This document shows, piece by piece, positions 1 to 9,327 of a stretch of 64,000 nucleotides of DNA. The stretch lies in the IMG/VR virus record IMGVR_UViG_2866474162_000001, positions 11,688 to 75,687 of that record. One strand, written 5' to 3'. The translations under genes were made by a program, and so were the position numbers. Below the pieces are notes generated by a model. It had not been told where the DNA came from, did not search any database, and worked only from the letters and a program-made list of their open reading frames with translations. Source of the stretch: a virus. Its lineage: Duplodnaviria; Caudoviricetes. Each line of letters begins with the position of its first letter. Positions within the stretch are counted from its first letter, which is position 1.

Positions 1-1132
1 CGTCAGCGACCGGTGGCTCGGTCAGGACATGGGTTCCGAGTTCCTCGTTTGGGTCTCCAACGCTGGAGACCAACTTGACCGGGAGGCGCTGCTCGCCCAG
101 GTAGATTGGCGTGACCGGCCAGATGGTGGCTCGGACAGTGGCGAGGCCACCAGCGGCTGCCCGGTCGCGTGCGTGGCGGGCAAGGAATCCCAGTGCCGCG
201 CCGACGCCGACGGTGAGCGACGGGGCGTCCACGAGGTCGTAACGCCCGTCCTGGTCTCCCGACATCCGCCGATCGACCGCTTCGGCGAAGACGCCAGTCC
301 CGTTCTCGTGCAGTTCGCACGCCCCACGCGAGTACGGCTTGTTCGGTTCGTAGGACGCGGTGCCGACCAGGCAGCGGCGCCGCACTGTGGACCGGGCGAA
401 GCTGGGCACCGGGATCCCGAACGCGGCCGGCCGCTGGTTGGCATTGCTCAGCTGGAAAGCGTTCAGGGCAGCGGTGTCGATGGTGAAGCTGCCTGGCAGG
501 TCCGGGACCAGGGTGACGACCAGGAACATCTCGTCCGTCGAAAGGCGTTGGAGGAAGTCGGCTTCGATGCGGGCGGTCTCCTCGATACGGTCCGTGAATC
601 CGGCGAACCGTGCCCGGTACGCCTCGGCCACCTCTGCCTCGGACAGCCAGATGGTCTCGGTGCCGATCCGCTTGGGGTAGAGCAGCGACTTGTTCTGGTT
701 GACGTAGGCGTGCGGTGCTGTCGCCGACTGAGCGATCCAAATGATCAGGAAGCCGGTGCCGGGCCGGTCGGGATCCTCGACCGGGATGATGTCGAAGGTC
801 GGCGTCGGGTGGACGTTGGCGACGACGGTCTGTCGGAGCCGGCGCCGCTCGTCGTCGCTGATGGTGACGCCAGTGTCGTTGGCGGCGCGGCCCTGGTTGT
901 CCTCGTCCATGCCGAGGATCAGGATTCCGCCGTTGGCGTTGGCCAGCGCGCCTACGTCGCCGCAGAGGGCCTTCCTGTCCCGGTCGCTGCTGGTGTAGGT
1001 GTCGCGCTTGAAGTCCAGGTCGGGGCCTTCCGTGGTGTCCGGGATGAGCCCCTTGACCTGCGCATAGGTCAGGGTCTCGTCGATCGGTCCGCCGAGGAGC
1101 TGTTCGAGCCTGCGGTTTCGCAGCGTTGGCAT
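1..1132 (-). CDS. Schlafen/AlbA_2-domain protein (runs off left edge)
   Basis: Not in ORF track. Manual translation from ATG 1132: MPTLRNRRLEQLLGGPIDETLTYAQVKGLIPDTTEGPDLDFKRDTY...DVGALANANGGILILGMDE, the AlbA_2 E-x4-[DE]FK and ANxxGGxxxxG signature; I saw no stop before position 1. Confidence 0.8.
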   Translation of the reverse strand, partial: MPTLRNRRLEQLLGGPIDETLTYAQVKGLIPDTTEGPDLDFKRDTYTSSDRDRKALCGDVGALANANGGILILGMDEDNQGRAANDTGVTISDDERRRLRQTVVANVHPTPTFDIIPVEDPDRPGTGFLIIWIAQSATAPHAYVNQNKSLLYPKRIGTETIWLSEAEVAEAYRARFAGFTDRIEETARIEADFLQRLSTDEMFLVVTLVPDLPGSFTIDTAALNAFQLSNANQRPAAFGIPVPSFARSTVRRRCLVGTASYEPNKPYSRGACELHENGTGVFAEAVDRRMSGDQDGRYDLVDAPSLTVGVGAALGFLARHARDRAAAGGLATVRATIWPVTPIYLGEQRLPVKLVSSVGDPNEELGTHVLTEPPVAD

Positions 1133-1217
1133 GCGCTCGATCGTGGACCGCCCCGCCGTCGAGGAGCAAATCGGCAGGTCAGCAGGTTCCTGATTGGACG
1201 CAAGATGATCTTGAATG

Positions 1218-1235
1218 ATACAATGAATATGTACG
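1218..1235 (+). promoter_or_regulatory. Early promoter/operator: ATACAATGAATATGTACG (TACAAT -10 inside RTACA-N7-TGTAY)
   Basis: Exact 18-mer also at 35813 and 37999; lies upstream of the ParB-like gene. Confidence 0.75.
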
Positions 1236-1255
1236 ACCCTTGTCGTACCCGCCTG

Positions 1256-1265
1256 TTCACGTGGA
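1256..1265 (+). promoter_or_regulatory. TTCACGTGGA start-associated box (copy 1 of 7)
   Basis: Identical 10-mer at 36251, 36910, 38027, 38588, 59551 and 62129. Confidence 0.7.
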
Positions 1266-1281
1266 AGAGGAGAGAGCGGAA

Positions 1282-2916
1282 GTGACAGCAGCAGTGAAGG
1301 CGCGGCCCCGGGGCAAGAAGGCCCCCTACCTCGCGCAGATCGACCCGCGGGAGCTGGTCGCGCACCCGACCAACCTCCGCACCCAGCTCGGCGACCTGAC
1401 CGAGCTGCGCGCCTCGATCGCCGCGAGCGGCGTTCTGCAGGCGCTGACCGTCGTCCCCGAGGACGGCGGCATGCGGATCGTCGCAGGGCACCGCCGGGCG
1501 GCGGCGGCCGTCGAGGCGATCGAGGCCGGCGAGTGGCCCGACGGCACGCCGCAGACGGTGCCGTGCCTGGTGCGGCCCGACATGGAGGGGATGGCCCCCG
1601 CGCAGGTCGTCGCCATGCTGATCGAGAACGACCAGCGCGCCGACCTGACCGAGAGCGAGCGGGCCGCCGGATACGCGCAGCTGGAGCTGTTCGGCCTGGA
1701 CGTCGCCGAGATCGCGCGGCGGACCGGCCGCACGCAGAAGCACGTCAACGCGGCGTTGAAGCTGACGAAGCTCGGCGAGGTCGCCACCGGCGCGGCCGAC
1801 GCCGGCAAGCTGACCCTGGAGGACGTCGCCGAGCTGGAGCAGTTCGAGGACGACCCGAAGGCGATGGAGCGCATCCTCAAGGGCGTCGAGAGCGGCTGGG
1901 GCGTCCGGCACCGCGTGCAGGAGGAGAAGCGCAAGCGCGACGACAAGAGCGCGACCGAGACGCTGACCGAGGAGCTGACGGCGGCCGGCGTCCGGGTGTT
2001 GAAGAAGCCGAAGGACTGGCCGTGGAACTGCGCGATGACCAAGGTCGAGGACCTGACCGACGCCGACGACCAACCGATCGACGTCGAGCAGGTCAAGACG
2101 CTGGAGGGGTTCGGCGCGATCATCGAGGGCTCGTACGGGAACATGCGGGCCGTCATCGTGTGCGAGGACCCCGACGCCCACGGGTACAAGCGCACGAAGT
2201 GGACGCAGTACAAGAGCCCCGCGCAGAAGGTCGCCGAGGAGCTGGCGAAGCGGGAGGCCGAGGAGCGGCGGCAGAAGCTGCTGGACGCCGGTGAGGTGCG
2301 CCGCCGGTTCCTCGTCGAGCGGTGGGGCAGCGCGAAGGCGGCGAAGACGCTGCTGGTCGACGCGATGCGCGCCGCCGTGGTGATGCCGGGCTTCTACGAC
2401 CGGGCCGAGGAAGAGCTGGTCGCGGCCCTGGCCGGCGGTGACCCGCGCGACGGGCAGACCGCCGGGATCGACCGGCTGAACCGGCTGCTGGTCGCCCGGT
2501 TCGTCGCCGCGCACGAGGCCAACACGTCGACCGTGGCGGCCGGGCGGTACTCCAACCGGAACCACCTGGTGCTGCCGTGGTTGAACCGCCTGGTGGCCGA
2601 GGGCTACGAGCTGTCGGAGACCGAGAAGACCTGGCACGCCGAGCTGGTCGAGGAGGAGGAAGAGCGGCAGCGGGCGCTGGAGCAGGAAGAGGCCGAGGCG
2701 GCGGCCGAGCTGGAGTACGACGACGCCGAAGGCTACGTGGAGGACGCCGAGGGTGTGCGGCCGATCGAGGACGTGCAGCTGCCCGAGGGCGACGTCGAGC
2801 CGGCGGCCGAGCCGGACGACGACGCCGACGGCGACGGCGAGCCGCAGGCTGAGACGGACCCGTGCCCGGACGCCGACCTGGACGCGGCCGAGCCCGAGGC
2901 CGGCGGCGAGCAGTGA
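1282..2916 (+). CDS. ParB/RepB/Spo0J-family protein with long acidic C-terminus
   Basis: HPTNLR...LRASIAASGVLQALTV...IVAGHRR...LIENDQRADL ParB boxes then HTH (IARRTGRT); GTG 1282 follows a purine-rich RBS. Confidence 0.85.
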   Translation: MTAAVKARPRGKKAPYLAQIDPRELVAHPTNLRTQLGDLTELRASIAASGVLQALTVVPEDGGMRIVAGHRRAAAAVEAIEAGEWPDGTPQTVPCLVRPDMEGMAPAQVVAMLIENDQRADLTESERAAGYAQLELFGLDVAEIARRTGRTQKHVNAALKLTKLGEVATGAADAGKLTLEDVAELEQFEDDPKAMERILKGVESGWGVRHRVQEEKRKRDDKSATETLTEELTAAGVRVLKKPKDWPWNCAMTKVEDLTDADDQPIDVEQVKTLEGFGAIIEGSYGNMRAVIVCEDPDAHGYKRTKWTQYKSPAQKVAEELAKREAEERRQKLLDAGEVRRRFLVERWGSAKAAKTLLVDAMRAAVVMPGFYDRAEEELVAALAGGDPRDGQTAGIDRLNRLLVARFVAAHEANTSTVAAGRYSNRNHLVLPWLNRLVAEGYELSETEKTWHAELVEEEEERQRALEQEEAEAAAELEYDDAEGYVEDAEGVRPIEDVQLPEGDVEPAAEPDDDADGDGEPQAETDPCPDADLDAAEPEAGGEQ

Positions 2917-3674
2917 GCGTGACCCCTGCGGGTCGGCCGGAGGCGCGTACCGAGCTGGTGCGCGCCTCCGGCGCCGGCCCGACCGGCAGCGCGGAGACGC
3001 CCGTGGACGAGGAGCTGCTGCGCGGGACCTGCCCGGCCTGCCAGGCGGTGATGGGCGAAGCGCACCGCGACGACTGCGACGTGGCCGAATGCCTGGCCAC
3101 CGGCCGGAAGCGCATATGGTGCCGGGCGCAGCCCGACACCGCAGGCCACGACTGCGGCCGCGCGGACTGGGCCGGCCGGTGGCCGGCGCACGCGGAGGCC
3201 CGCGAGTTCGGCTGGCACGTGCGCTGGGACACCGAGGCGCGGAAGTTCGTGCGCTGCGCCCCCGACGTGGAGGGCTCCGGGCCGGACCTGTCGCGGCTGT
3301 ACGAGCACGCGCGGTGGGATCCGGCGGCGCGGCGTTGGGCGCGGCGCCGGGCGGTGCTGTTCTCCCGGGCGGTGCGCGGCGGCCGGGCCACATTGGAGGA
3401 GCTGACGAAGCGGGCGCAGCGGTATTGCGCGGAGCAGGGCTACGAGGTGGTCGGCGAGCACGTCGGCACCCGCGGCTGGCGGGCGGCCGTCGCCGACGTC
3501 GACGACGGCAAGGCCGACGTGGTGGTGGTGCCGGCGCTGGACCGGCTGGGCCTCGGCAAGCAGGTGTTCGAGCGGGTCGCGGCGGTACGCCGTGCCGGCG
3601 GCGACATCGCTGGCCCCGGCGTACAGATCGACGCGGACGGCCGGCTGGTCGCCGGCACGACCGGCGAAAAGTGA
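2913..3674 (+). CDS. Cys/His-rich phage protein fused to a degenerate serine-resolvase-like domain
   Basis: GTGA overlap with parB; N-terminal CPAC/HRDDCD; C-terminal AVLFSR...YCAEQGYEVV...DVVVVPALDRLG. Confidence 0.6.
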   Translation: MSVTPAGRPEARTELVRASGAGPTGSAETPVDEELLRGTCPACQAVMGEAHRDDCDVAECLATGRKRIWCRAQPDTAGHDCGRADWAGRWPAHAEAREFGWHVRWDTEARKFVRCAPDVEGSGPDLSRLYEHARWDPAARRWARRRAVLFSRAVRGGRATLEELTKRAQRYCAEQGYEVVGEHVGTRGWRAAVADVDDGKADVVVVPALDRLGLGKQVFERVAAVRRAGGDIAGPGVQIDADGRLVAGTTGEK

Positions 3675-3686
3675 GGAGCGTTCACG

Positions 3687-3983
3687 ATGGAGCGAGAGAC
3701 GCAGGTCATCCTGGCGTGCCCGCCGACGAACATCAACGAGCTGCTGGCCGGCATGGGCGTGCCCGAGTACGTGCCGAGCGTCGACCACAGCCTGGCGCAG
3801 TGCGCGGACTGCGGCACGGACATGTGGGTCGGCCCGAACCAGCAGGCGGCGGCGTCCCGGGCGTCGGGCGTGACCCTGCTGCTGTGCATGACGTGCTCGA
3901 TCGCGGAGACGCACCGGCGCAGCGGCCCGGCGGCGCTCGGGCACCTCGGCGGCGGCGGAGGGAGGCCGCGGCTGCCGAGCTAG
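3687..3983 (+). CDS. Small Zn-finger-like hypothetical protein
   Basis: RBS GAGGAG; CADC and CMTC motifs; GC3-biased codons. Confidence 0.7.
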   Translation: MERETQVILACPPTNINELLAGMGVPEYVPSVDHSLAQCADCGTDMWVGPNQQAAASRASGVTLLLCMTCSIAETHRRSGPAALGHLGGGGGRPRLPS

Positions 3984-4029
3984 TCCGCCAGCCGGACTAG
4001 CGAGTGGGGCTAGTCCGCCGAGCGGACCA
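3981..4029. repeat. Two GTCCG-N5-CGGAC palindromes
   Basis: TAGTCCG-CCAGC-CGGACTA at 3981 and TAGTCCG-CCGAG-CGGACCA at 4011; same motif as the array at 61543-61684. Confidence 0.75.
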
Positions 4030-4136
4030 ACCGGGGCGGGTCACAGCGAGGCCGTGGCCCGCCCTTCGCGTTCTGTCGCCCGCGCGGCTTAGGCTTGCGG
4101 GTCGCATTGCAACGGCGTCCAAAGAGACGGTGAGCC

Positions 4137-5144
4137 ATGAACGCAGTCATCGACCTCGGCAACGGGGACTCCCTTCAGATGGAGCCAGCCCGCCGCGCCT
4201 TTCACCTGTATCCGGGCGCCGGAGGCGCACAGATCGAGGTGACGCTCAGGATCAGCAAGACGCATGACCTGGCGCCGGGCATCGCGTACCGGGTGAGCGC
4301 TCGGATGTACGTCGAGGACAACATGCGCCGGCAGCGGATGCTGTGCACCCTGGACGCCGCGAACCTCGTCACGCCGCTCGTCCGGGCAGGCGATGTGCAG
4401 CTGTCGGGCTTCGTCACCGACGAGCAGTTGCGCGTCGTCGAGCAGCTGCGCGCAGGCGGGGACCTGTGGGTGAACCTGAAGCTGTCGGTCTCGTCGGTGG
4501 AATGGAAGGCGGACTCTGAGGCGGCGGACTCGGACTCGGCGGAGCTGATGCTGACCGCGCGGGGGCGCGCCGAGCAGAAGGCGCGTCTGTCGGGTGAGGT
4601 GGTGTATCGGTCGAACGAAGAACCCCGGCTGACCGCGCTGCCGCCGGCGGGAACCAAGGTGGTGTTCGAGCGCCCGTTGCAGAAGCAGCGGACCGGTGAC
4701 CTGAGGTTTGACATCAATGCCGGCGAGTGGGCGGCGCAGATGGCCGCGGTCGAGGCGGGGACCTTCGTCGAGCTGCTGGTGCCGCTGGCTGGCGGCGCGG
4801 ACTACGCCGGCGCGGTGGCGCTGCTGCGCGAGGCGCGCGAGTTGTTGCGGGAGGGCAACGTCGACGCGTCGATCGGTCAGGCGCGTAAGGCTCTGGAGCA
4901 GGCGCGCAAGGAGTACGGCACGCAGAAGCTGTACGAGGCCGCGACGAAGAAGTCACCGCGGACTCGGGCCCTCCCGGAGCGCTGGGCGATCATGGTCGAG
5001 GACCTGTACTCAACGATGAGCGGCGCTGCGCACAACGATGAGGTGACGAAGGAGTTCACCTACTCGCAGGAGGACGGCGCAATGCTGATCACGGCGACGG
5101 CGGGGATGCTCAAGCGGTTGGCCGCTGACCGCCAGACGCTGTAG
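4137..5144 (+). CDS. Hypothetical protein (helical C-terminus, possibly HEPN-like)
   Basis: 335-aa ORF with coding bias; C-terminal LYSTMSGAAHND. Confidence 0.65.
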   Translation: MNAVIDLGNGDSLQMEPARRAFHLYPGAGGAQIEVTLRISKTHDLAPGIAYRVSARMYVEDNMRRQRMLCTLDAANLVTPLVRAGDVQLSGFVTDEQLRVVEQLRAGGDLWVNLKLSVSSVEWKADSEAADSDSAELMLTARGRAEQKARLSGEVVYRSNEEPRLTALPPAGTKVVFERPLQKQRTGDLRFDINAGEWAAQMAAVEAGTFVELLVPLAGGADYAGAVALLREARELLREGNVDASIGQARKALEQARKEYGTQKLYEAATKKSPRTRALPERWAIMVEDLYSTMSGAAHNDEVTKEFTYSQEDGAMLITATAGMLKRLAADRQTL

Positions 5145-5496
5145 ACGGGTTGCAGTCGGCGCTGACGTCTGGGTCGACTCGGACATCCGGGCACCTGGCG
5201 CAGCGCAGCGCCAGGTGCCCGCCGCACGAGCAGGGCAGCCAGTCGCGCACCGGTCGGGTCGCCGACCCGCCGACGTAGGAGTGCCCGTTGCGGCAGTGCT
5301 GCGGCTCGTCGCCGACCAGCTCGCGCACCCGGCAGTAGGGAAAGGCGACCACGTGCCGGTCGGCGCGGGCCCGCGCGACCAGCTGCCGCAGCTCGGCGGG
5401 GGAGTCCACGACGTGCTCGACGACGGTCACGCCGGCGGGCGAGTTGTCGGCCCGGTCCCAGCGGATCGTGATTTGCCAGCGCGTTCGCCACTCCAC
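5110..5496 (-). CDS. Small Cys/His-rich hypothetical protein, leaderless
   Basis: CRNGH, CSCGGH, CARC motifs; TAGCCT -10 lies 6 nt before the GTG. Confidence 0.65.
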   Translation of the reverse strand: MEWRTRWQITIRWDRADNSPAGVTVVEHVVDSPAELRQLVARARADRHVVAFPYCRVRELVGDEPQHCRNGHSYVGGSATRPVRDWLPCSCGGHLALRCARCPDVRVDPDVSADCNPSTASGGQRPTA

Positions 5497-5509
5497 GGGG
5501 GCAGGCTAC

Positions 5510-5525
5510 TCGTACTACTGTTCGA
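5510..5525. promoter_or_regulatory. LexA (SOS) box
   Basis: TCGTAC-TACT-GTTCGA, one mismatch to the actinobacterial TCGAAC-N4-GTTCGA; adjacent to the -10 of gene 5110-5496. Confidence 0.65.
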
Positions 5526-5785
5526 ATGGAGCGCGAGATCTGTCCTCGCTGTGTGTGCCTCGGACGTGGCTCTTTGGCCTGCGCGGGGACCGCGGTCTGC
5601 GAGCCGCCCTGCAGGGCTGAGACCATCTGTGGGTCGGGCTGGAGGCTGAGACGGGCTCGGGAACGAGCCGATGCCCGTCGCTGGTACTTATTCGTCCACT
5701 AACGAAGCATGTCCTCCGACATGCTCCTCGCCGCATTGAGGTTCCCCCGATAGCGTGGAGGCCAGGCCTTAAGGGATAGAGGGTC

Positions 5786-6085
5786 ATGGCTGAAACGAGA
5801 CGACGGTTCGACCGGGAGTTCCGCGAGGGCGCGGTGCGCATCGTGCGGGAGACCGGCAAGCCCATCGCGCAGATCGCCCGGGACCTGGGGATCAACGAGG
5901 GCACTCTGGGTAACTGGGTCAACCAGGACAAGCGTGCTCGCGGCGAGGCCGCGGCCGGCGGTGGGCTGTCCGAGGACGAGCGTGCCGAGTTGATGCGGCT
6001 GCGGAAGGAGAACGCCGAGCTGGCGATGGAGCGTGACGTGCTCAAGCGATCCGTGGTCCTGTGGGTCAAGGAGGCGACGAAGTGA
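5786..6085 (+). CDS. IS3 transposase OrfA
   Basis: [16 protein letters not shown]...[22 protein letters not shown] plus leucine zipper. Confidence 0.92.
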   Translation: MAETRRRFDREFREGAVRIVRETGKPIAQIARDLGINEGTLGNWVNQDKRARGEAAAGGGLSEDERAELMRLRKENAELAMERDVLKRSVVLWVKEATK

Positions 6086-6972
6086 GCGTGGCAGCGTTCG
6101 TGGCTTCCCAGAGGACCGAGCACGGTGTGCCGCACACGGTGACCTGCCGCGCGTTGGGCCTGTCCGAGTCGTGGTTCTACAAGTGGAAGGATCGGCAGCC
6201 CACGCCTGGTCAGCGTCGGCGGGCCGAGCTCGCCGAGAAGATCCGCGAGGTCTTCGACGCCTCGGGCGGCACCTACGGCTCACCTCGGGTGACCCAGGAG
6301 CTGCGGGCGGCCGGCTGGCGGGTCGGGGAGAACACGGTGGCCCGGTTGATGGCCGAGCTCGGCCTGGCCGGACGCGCACCGAAGCGGCGGCGCGGCCTGA
6401 CCAGGCAGGGTAAGCGGCCGGCGGCGCCGGACCTCGTGCGCCGGCAGTTCACCGCACCGGCGCCGAACGTGTTGTGGTGCGGGGACATGACCGAGATCGT
6501 GACCGGGGAGGGCAAGCTGTACCTCGCCACGGTGATCGACCTGTTCTCCCGCCGGCTGCTCGGCTACGCCATGTCCGCCCACCACGACGCCGACCTGGTG
6601 GTGGCGTCGCTGCGCATGGCGACTGCCACTCGTGGTGGCGACGTCGACGGGGTGATCTTCCACTCGGATCGGGGCAGCGAGTACACCTGCGAGGCGTACG
6701 AGACCGCCTGCTCCCGGCTGGGGGTGCTGCAGTCGATGGGCCGCGTCGGTAGCGCGTTGGACAACGCCGCGGCGGAGGCGTTCAACTCCACCATCAAGGT
6801 CGAGTACATCCACCGGCAGCAGTTCCGCACCCGCGCCGAAGCACGGTTAAAGATCTCGACCTGGATTGTGGACTTCTACAACCTCCGTCGCAGGCACAGC
6901 GCCTGCGACGGCATGTCACCCATCGACTACGAGCATTTCATGGCCGAGGCCAGGAGGGCCGAAGCCGCTTAA
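6082..6972 (+). CDS. IS3 transposase OrfB (DDE)
   Basis: [30 protein letters not shown]; GTGA overlap with orfA. Confidence 0.92.
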   Translation: MSVAAFVASQRTEHGVPHTVTCRALGLSESWFYKWKDRQPTPGQRRRAELAEKIREVFDASGGTYGSPRVTQELRAAGWRVGENTVARLMAELGLAGRAPKRRRGLTRQGKRPAAPDLVRRQFTAPAPNVLWCGDMTEIVTGEGKLYLATVIDLFSRRLLGYAMSAHHDADLVVASLRMATATRGGDVDGVIFHSDRGSEYTCEAYETACSRLGVLQSMGRVGSALDNAAAEAFNSTIKVEYIHRQQFRTRAEARLKISTWIVDFYNLRRRHSACDGMSPIDYEHFMAEARRAEAA

Positions 6973-7793
6973 CGGAGTCCTCCACGATTTCGGGGGATTG
7001 ACACATCGTTCCACGGAATTATTGTGCAGGGTAAACGGACGACGAACAATGCCATAGCGGCTTCGCCCGCGCACTCAGTCGCCTGAGCGCTAAATCCCGC
7101 AAGGGAGAAAAAAGCCGTTACGCTGCCCCCGGCCGCTCCAATGAGCTGCTGGACGAGCGGGCGGCCAACCGGTCTATTAGTGTATTTCACCTGTGCTGCT
7201 ATTGTCGAGCCCAAAATGTCCACCCCGCCATCCGGTCCGCTCTCGGTGATGCGGGCGTCGTCAAACCCGAATTGGCGCAGCGCAGACGCGCAGAGGTATT
7301 CCGCTTGTTGCCACGCGGCAGGCGTTACCCGTGCACCCACATTGCTGTCGAGTGTGATCAAGTGAGCCCTGTGACGGGCCGGCCCGTAATCTTCCTCGGC
7401 TTCCTTGACGAGGAACGGGTCACGATCCCTCCAGTTAAGCCTAGCCGGCAACGCTTTCGCTTTATCTCTGATGTAGTCGACGAGCAGTGGATCCTTGCCC
7501 TCACTCTGCTCACTCGTCCACTTTTCATCGAAGGGCGACGCCGACCAGACGTCGTTGCGAAAAAGGTAGAACGAACAATCCTGGAGCGGGCTGCGGTAAT
7601 CGTCATCGCGGTCGTACGTTGTACAAAGATAGAGAATCGCTTTGCGCTCCTGCGCGCGCTTCGTCTCGGCAATATCTCGTGGCTGACACCGAATTCTCTT
7701 GGGAGGGCCGCTGGCGTGTGACACGACTAGCTCCCAGGATGACAAATCTCGCGCAACTTCAATACGTGCTTCTCTCCGCCGCACCACCATCAC
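6969..7793 (-). CDS. Mrr-like PD-(D/E)xK restriction endonuclease, 3' end replaced by IS3
   Basis: AEYLCASALRQFGF...GPDGGVDI...AAQVKY...FFSLAGFS; last codons are read from the IS end; start uncertain. Confidence 0.75.
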   Translation of the reverse strand: MMVVRRREARIEVARDLSSWELVVSHASGPPKRIRCQPRDIAETKRAQERKAILYLCTTYDRDDDYRSPLQDCSFYLFRNDVWSASPFDEKWTSEQSEGKDPLLVDYIRDKAKALPARLNWRDRDPFLVKEAEEDYGPARHRAHLITLDSNVGARVTPAAWQQAEYLCASALRQFGFDDARITESGPDGGVDILGSTIAAQVKYTNRPVGRPLVQQLIGAAGGSVTAFFSLAGFSAQATECAGEAAMALFVVRLPCTIIPWNDVSIPRNRGGLR

Positions 7794-8021
7794 TCGGAGT
7801 GGATCGACGTCGTATGGATTACGGCCCGGTTTGCGGCGCTTTTTGCGATCTCCGCCAGACAGGTGTCTGCCCTCACGTCTGCCATGTATCGAAAGGTATC
7901 TATAGGCATGGTACTCGGCTTCTCCTATGCCGCCACTGCCACGGCCGGCCGAACACCGAGCGTGCCTCGTGCCTCACACCGGACCGCCATAAACATTCCT
8001 AGGCCCGACCGGTAGGGACGC

Positions 8022-8055
8022 CCGTCGAGGCTGGGAGCTCTCCCAGCCTCGACGG
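8022..8055. terminator. Long perfect hairpin downstream of the GIY-YIG gene
   Basis: CCGTCGAGGCTGGGA-GCTC-TCCCAGCCTCGACGG. Confidence 0.55.
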
Positions 8056-8115
8056 CCGAGCGAGCAGCTACGTTGAGAGGCGCCTGAGTTTCGGCTGGTC
8101 CACGCGAAGCGCCAG

Positions 8116-8721
8116 TCATCGCTCCACTGGAAGTAACCGAGCCTGTGCCCGTTGCGCAGCACGGAGCGCGGAGAGTTGGCCGTGGAACGAGCCATGGCGG
8201 TTCTGGTCGAGGTTGAGTGGAAGCACCCAGGATCGGATCAGCCCCTCCTCAAGCTTCCACGGCTGATCCGTCGCGGACCACACGACGTGTGCGTGCCGAG
8301 ACATCCACTCGGTGAGCCGAGGCTCCCCAACTCGACCAAAGGTCATCCGCTTGCCGCTGCCCACGCGCCGTAAACCGATGCCAAGCTCGTCCGCGAGAAG
8401 AGAGCCGAGGGTGAGCCGCAGAGTCGAGCCCTCGGCGTTGCCGCGATAGTGATACCGGACCCTGCTGCGAATCGTCTGTCGGCTGGCAGCACGTCCGTTC
8501 ATCGGCGGCGCCTTCGGCGATATTCCAACGTAGAGCAAGGCAGCCCCATCCCACCTGTGGCAGCCTTCGGTCGGGACACCCGGCGGCGGCGACGTGAAGT
8601 ACCAGGCGTAAACGCCAGCCGACGCAGGTATGGGGCAGCCCCGCCCCCGAACCTCCTCGGCTGAGTAGAGCCGGGCGGGGCGAAGGAGGGCTTCCTCTGG
8701 GACCACAGGCAGGCTGGTCAA
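8116..8721 (-). CDS. GIY-YIG nuclease-domain protein
   Basis: SAGVYAWYF...LLYVGIS...IRSRV...GSTLRLTLG...E...LPLNL. Confidence 0.8.
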   Translation of the reverse strand: MTSLPVVPEEALLRPARLYSAEEVRGRGCPIPASAGVYAWYFTSPPPGVPTEGCHRWDGAALLYVGISPKAPPMNGRAASRQTIRSRVRYHYRGNAEGSTLRLTLGSLLADELGIGLRRVGSGKRMTFGRVGEPRLTEWMSRHAHVVWSATDQPWKLEEGLIRSWVLPLNLDQNRHGSFHGQLSALRAAQRAQARLLPVER

Positions 8722-8725
8722 AACT

Positions 8726-8944
8726 CTAAAGCTTTCCTTCGTACCAAGGGCCGTACCACCAGGCCCAGTCCCCTGAGACGGCTCCGTCCAGGTCTTGGTC
8801 GCGAACGGCCGACCTGGCGGCTCGCTTAACCTCGGTAGCGATCGCCTTTAGCCTGCCAGCGGTCACGTTGCCACCGCCGGTGAGGTCGATGAACAGGCGA
8901 ATCTCCATGCACTTCGCGGTTGGGTTTTGCTCCTCGCTCGGCAT
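8726..8944 (-). CDS. Small hypothetical protein
   Basis: GGAGG RBS before ATG 8944; in line with the GIY-YIG gene. Confidence 0.4.
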   Translation of the reverse strand: MPSEEQNPTAKCMEIRLFIDLTGGGNVTAGRLKAIATEVKRAARSAVRDQDLDGAVSGDWAWWYGPWYEGKL

Positions 8945-9327
8945 CGCGGCCTCCCCTTCGTTGCGCAAACTCTGCGAGATCTCTAAGAATTCTCTAAAAG
9001 ATTCGTGATCATCATCATCGGCCGTTCGGACGATGTCGAGCGTCAGTGGTTGGCGTGGCGGGACGGATCGTCTCAGCAGATGTGGCCCCGTCGGTCCTAG
9101 TCCAGCTCTCAAGAGAACGCTGACCTGGGATCCCAACTGAGGTTTCCGTAGGCGGAGCGGGGTCGGGGCAGGTAGGCCGAGGTCGATACTTGATCTCGTA
9201 ACGTGCAGGCCTCACGCATTCGTTGTGGCTGATTTGCGCCCGGTCCCCGCTTCGGCTGTTCGACGATGGCGGGGGAGGAACGAAGCATGAGCGCCGCTCG
9301 CAATCTCGAAGGGTCGGGCTGGAGGGG

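Larger units (their letters stand above)
5737..7003 (+). mobile_element. IS3-family insertion sequence, about 1267 bp
   Basis: IRL TGAGGTTCCCCCGATAGCGTGGAGG versus reverse-complemented IRR TGTCAATCCCCCGAAATCGTGGAGG; TG...CA ends; 3-bp target duplication CAT (5734-5736, 7004-7006). Confidence 0.93.
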
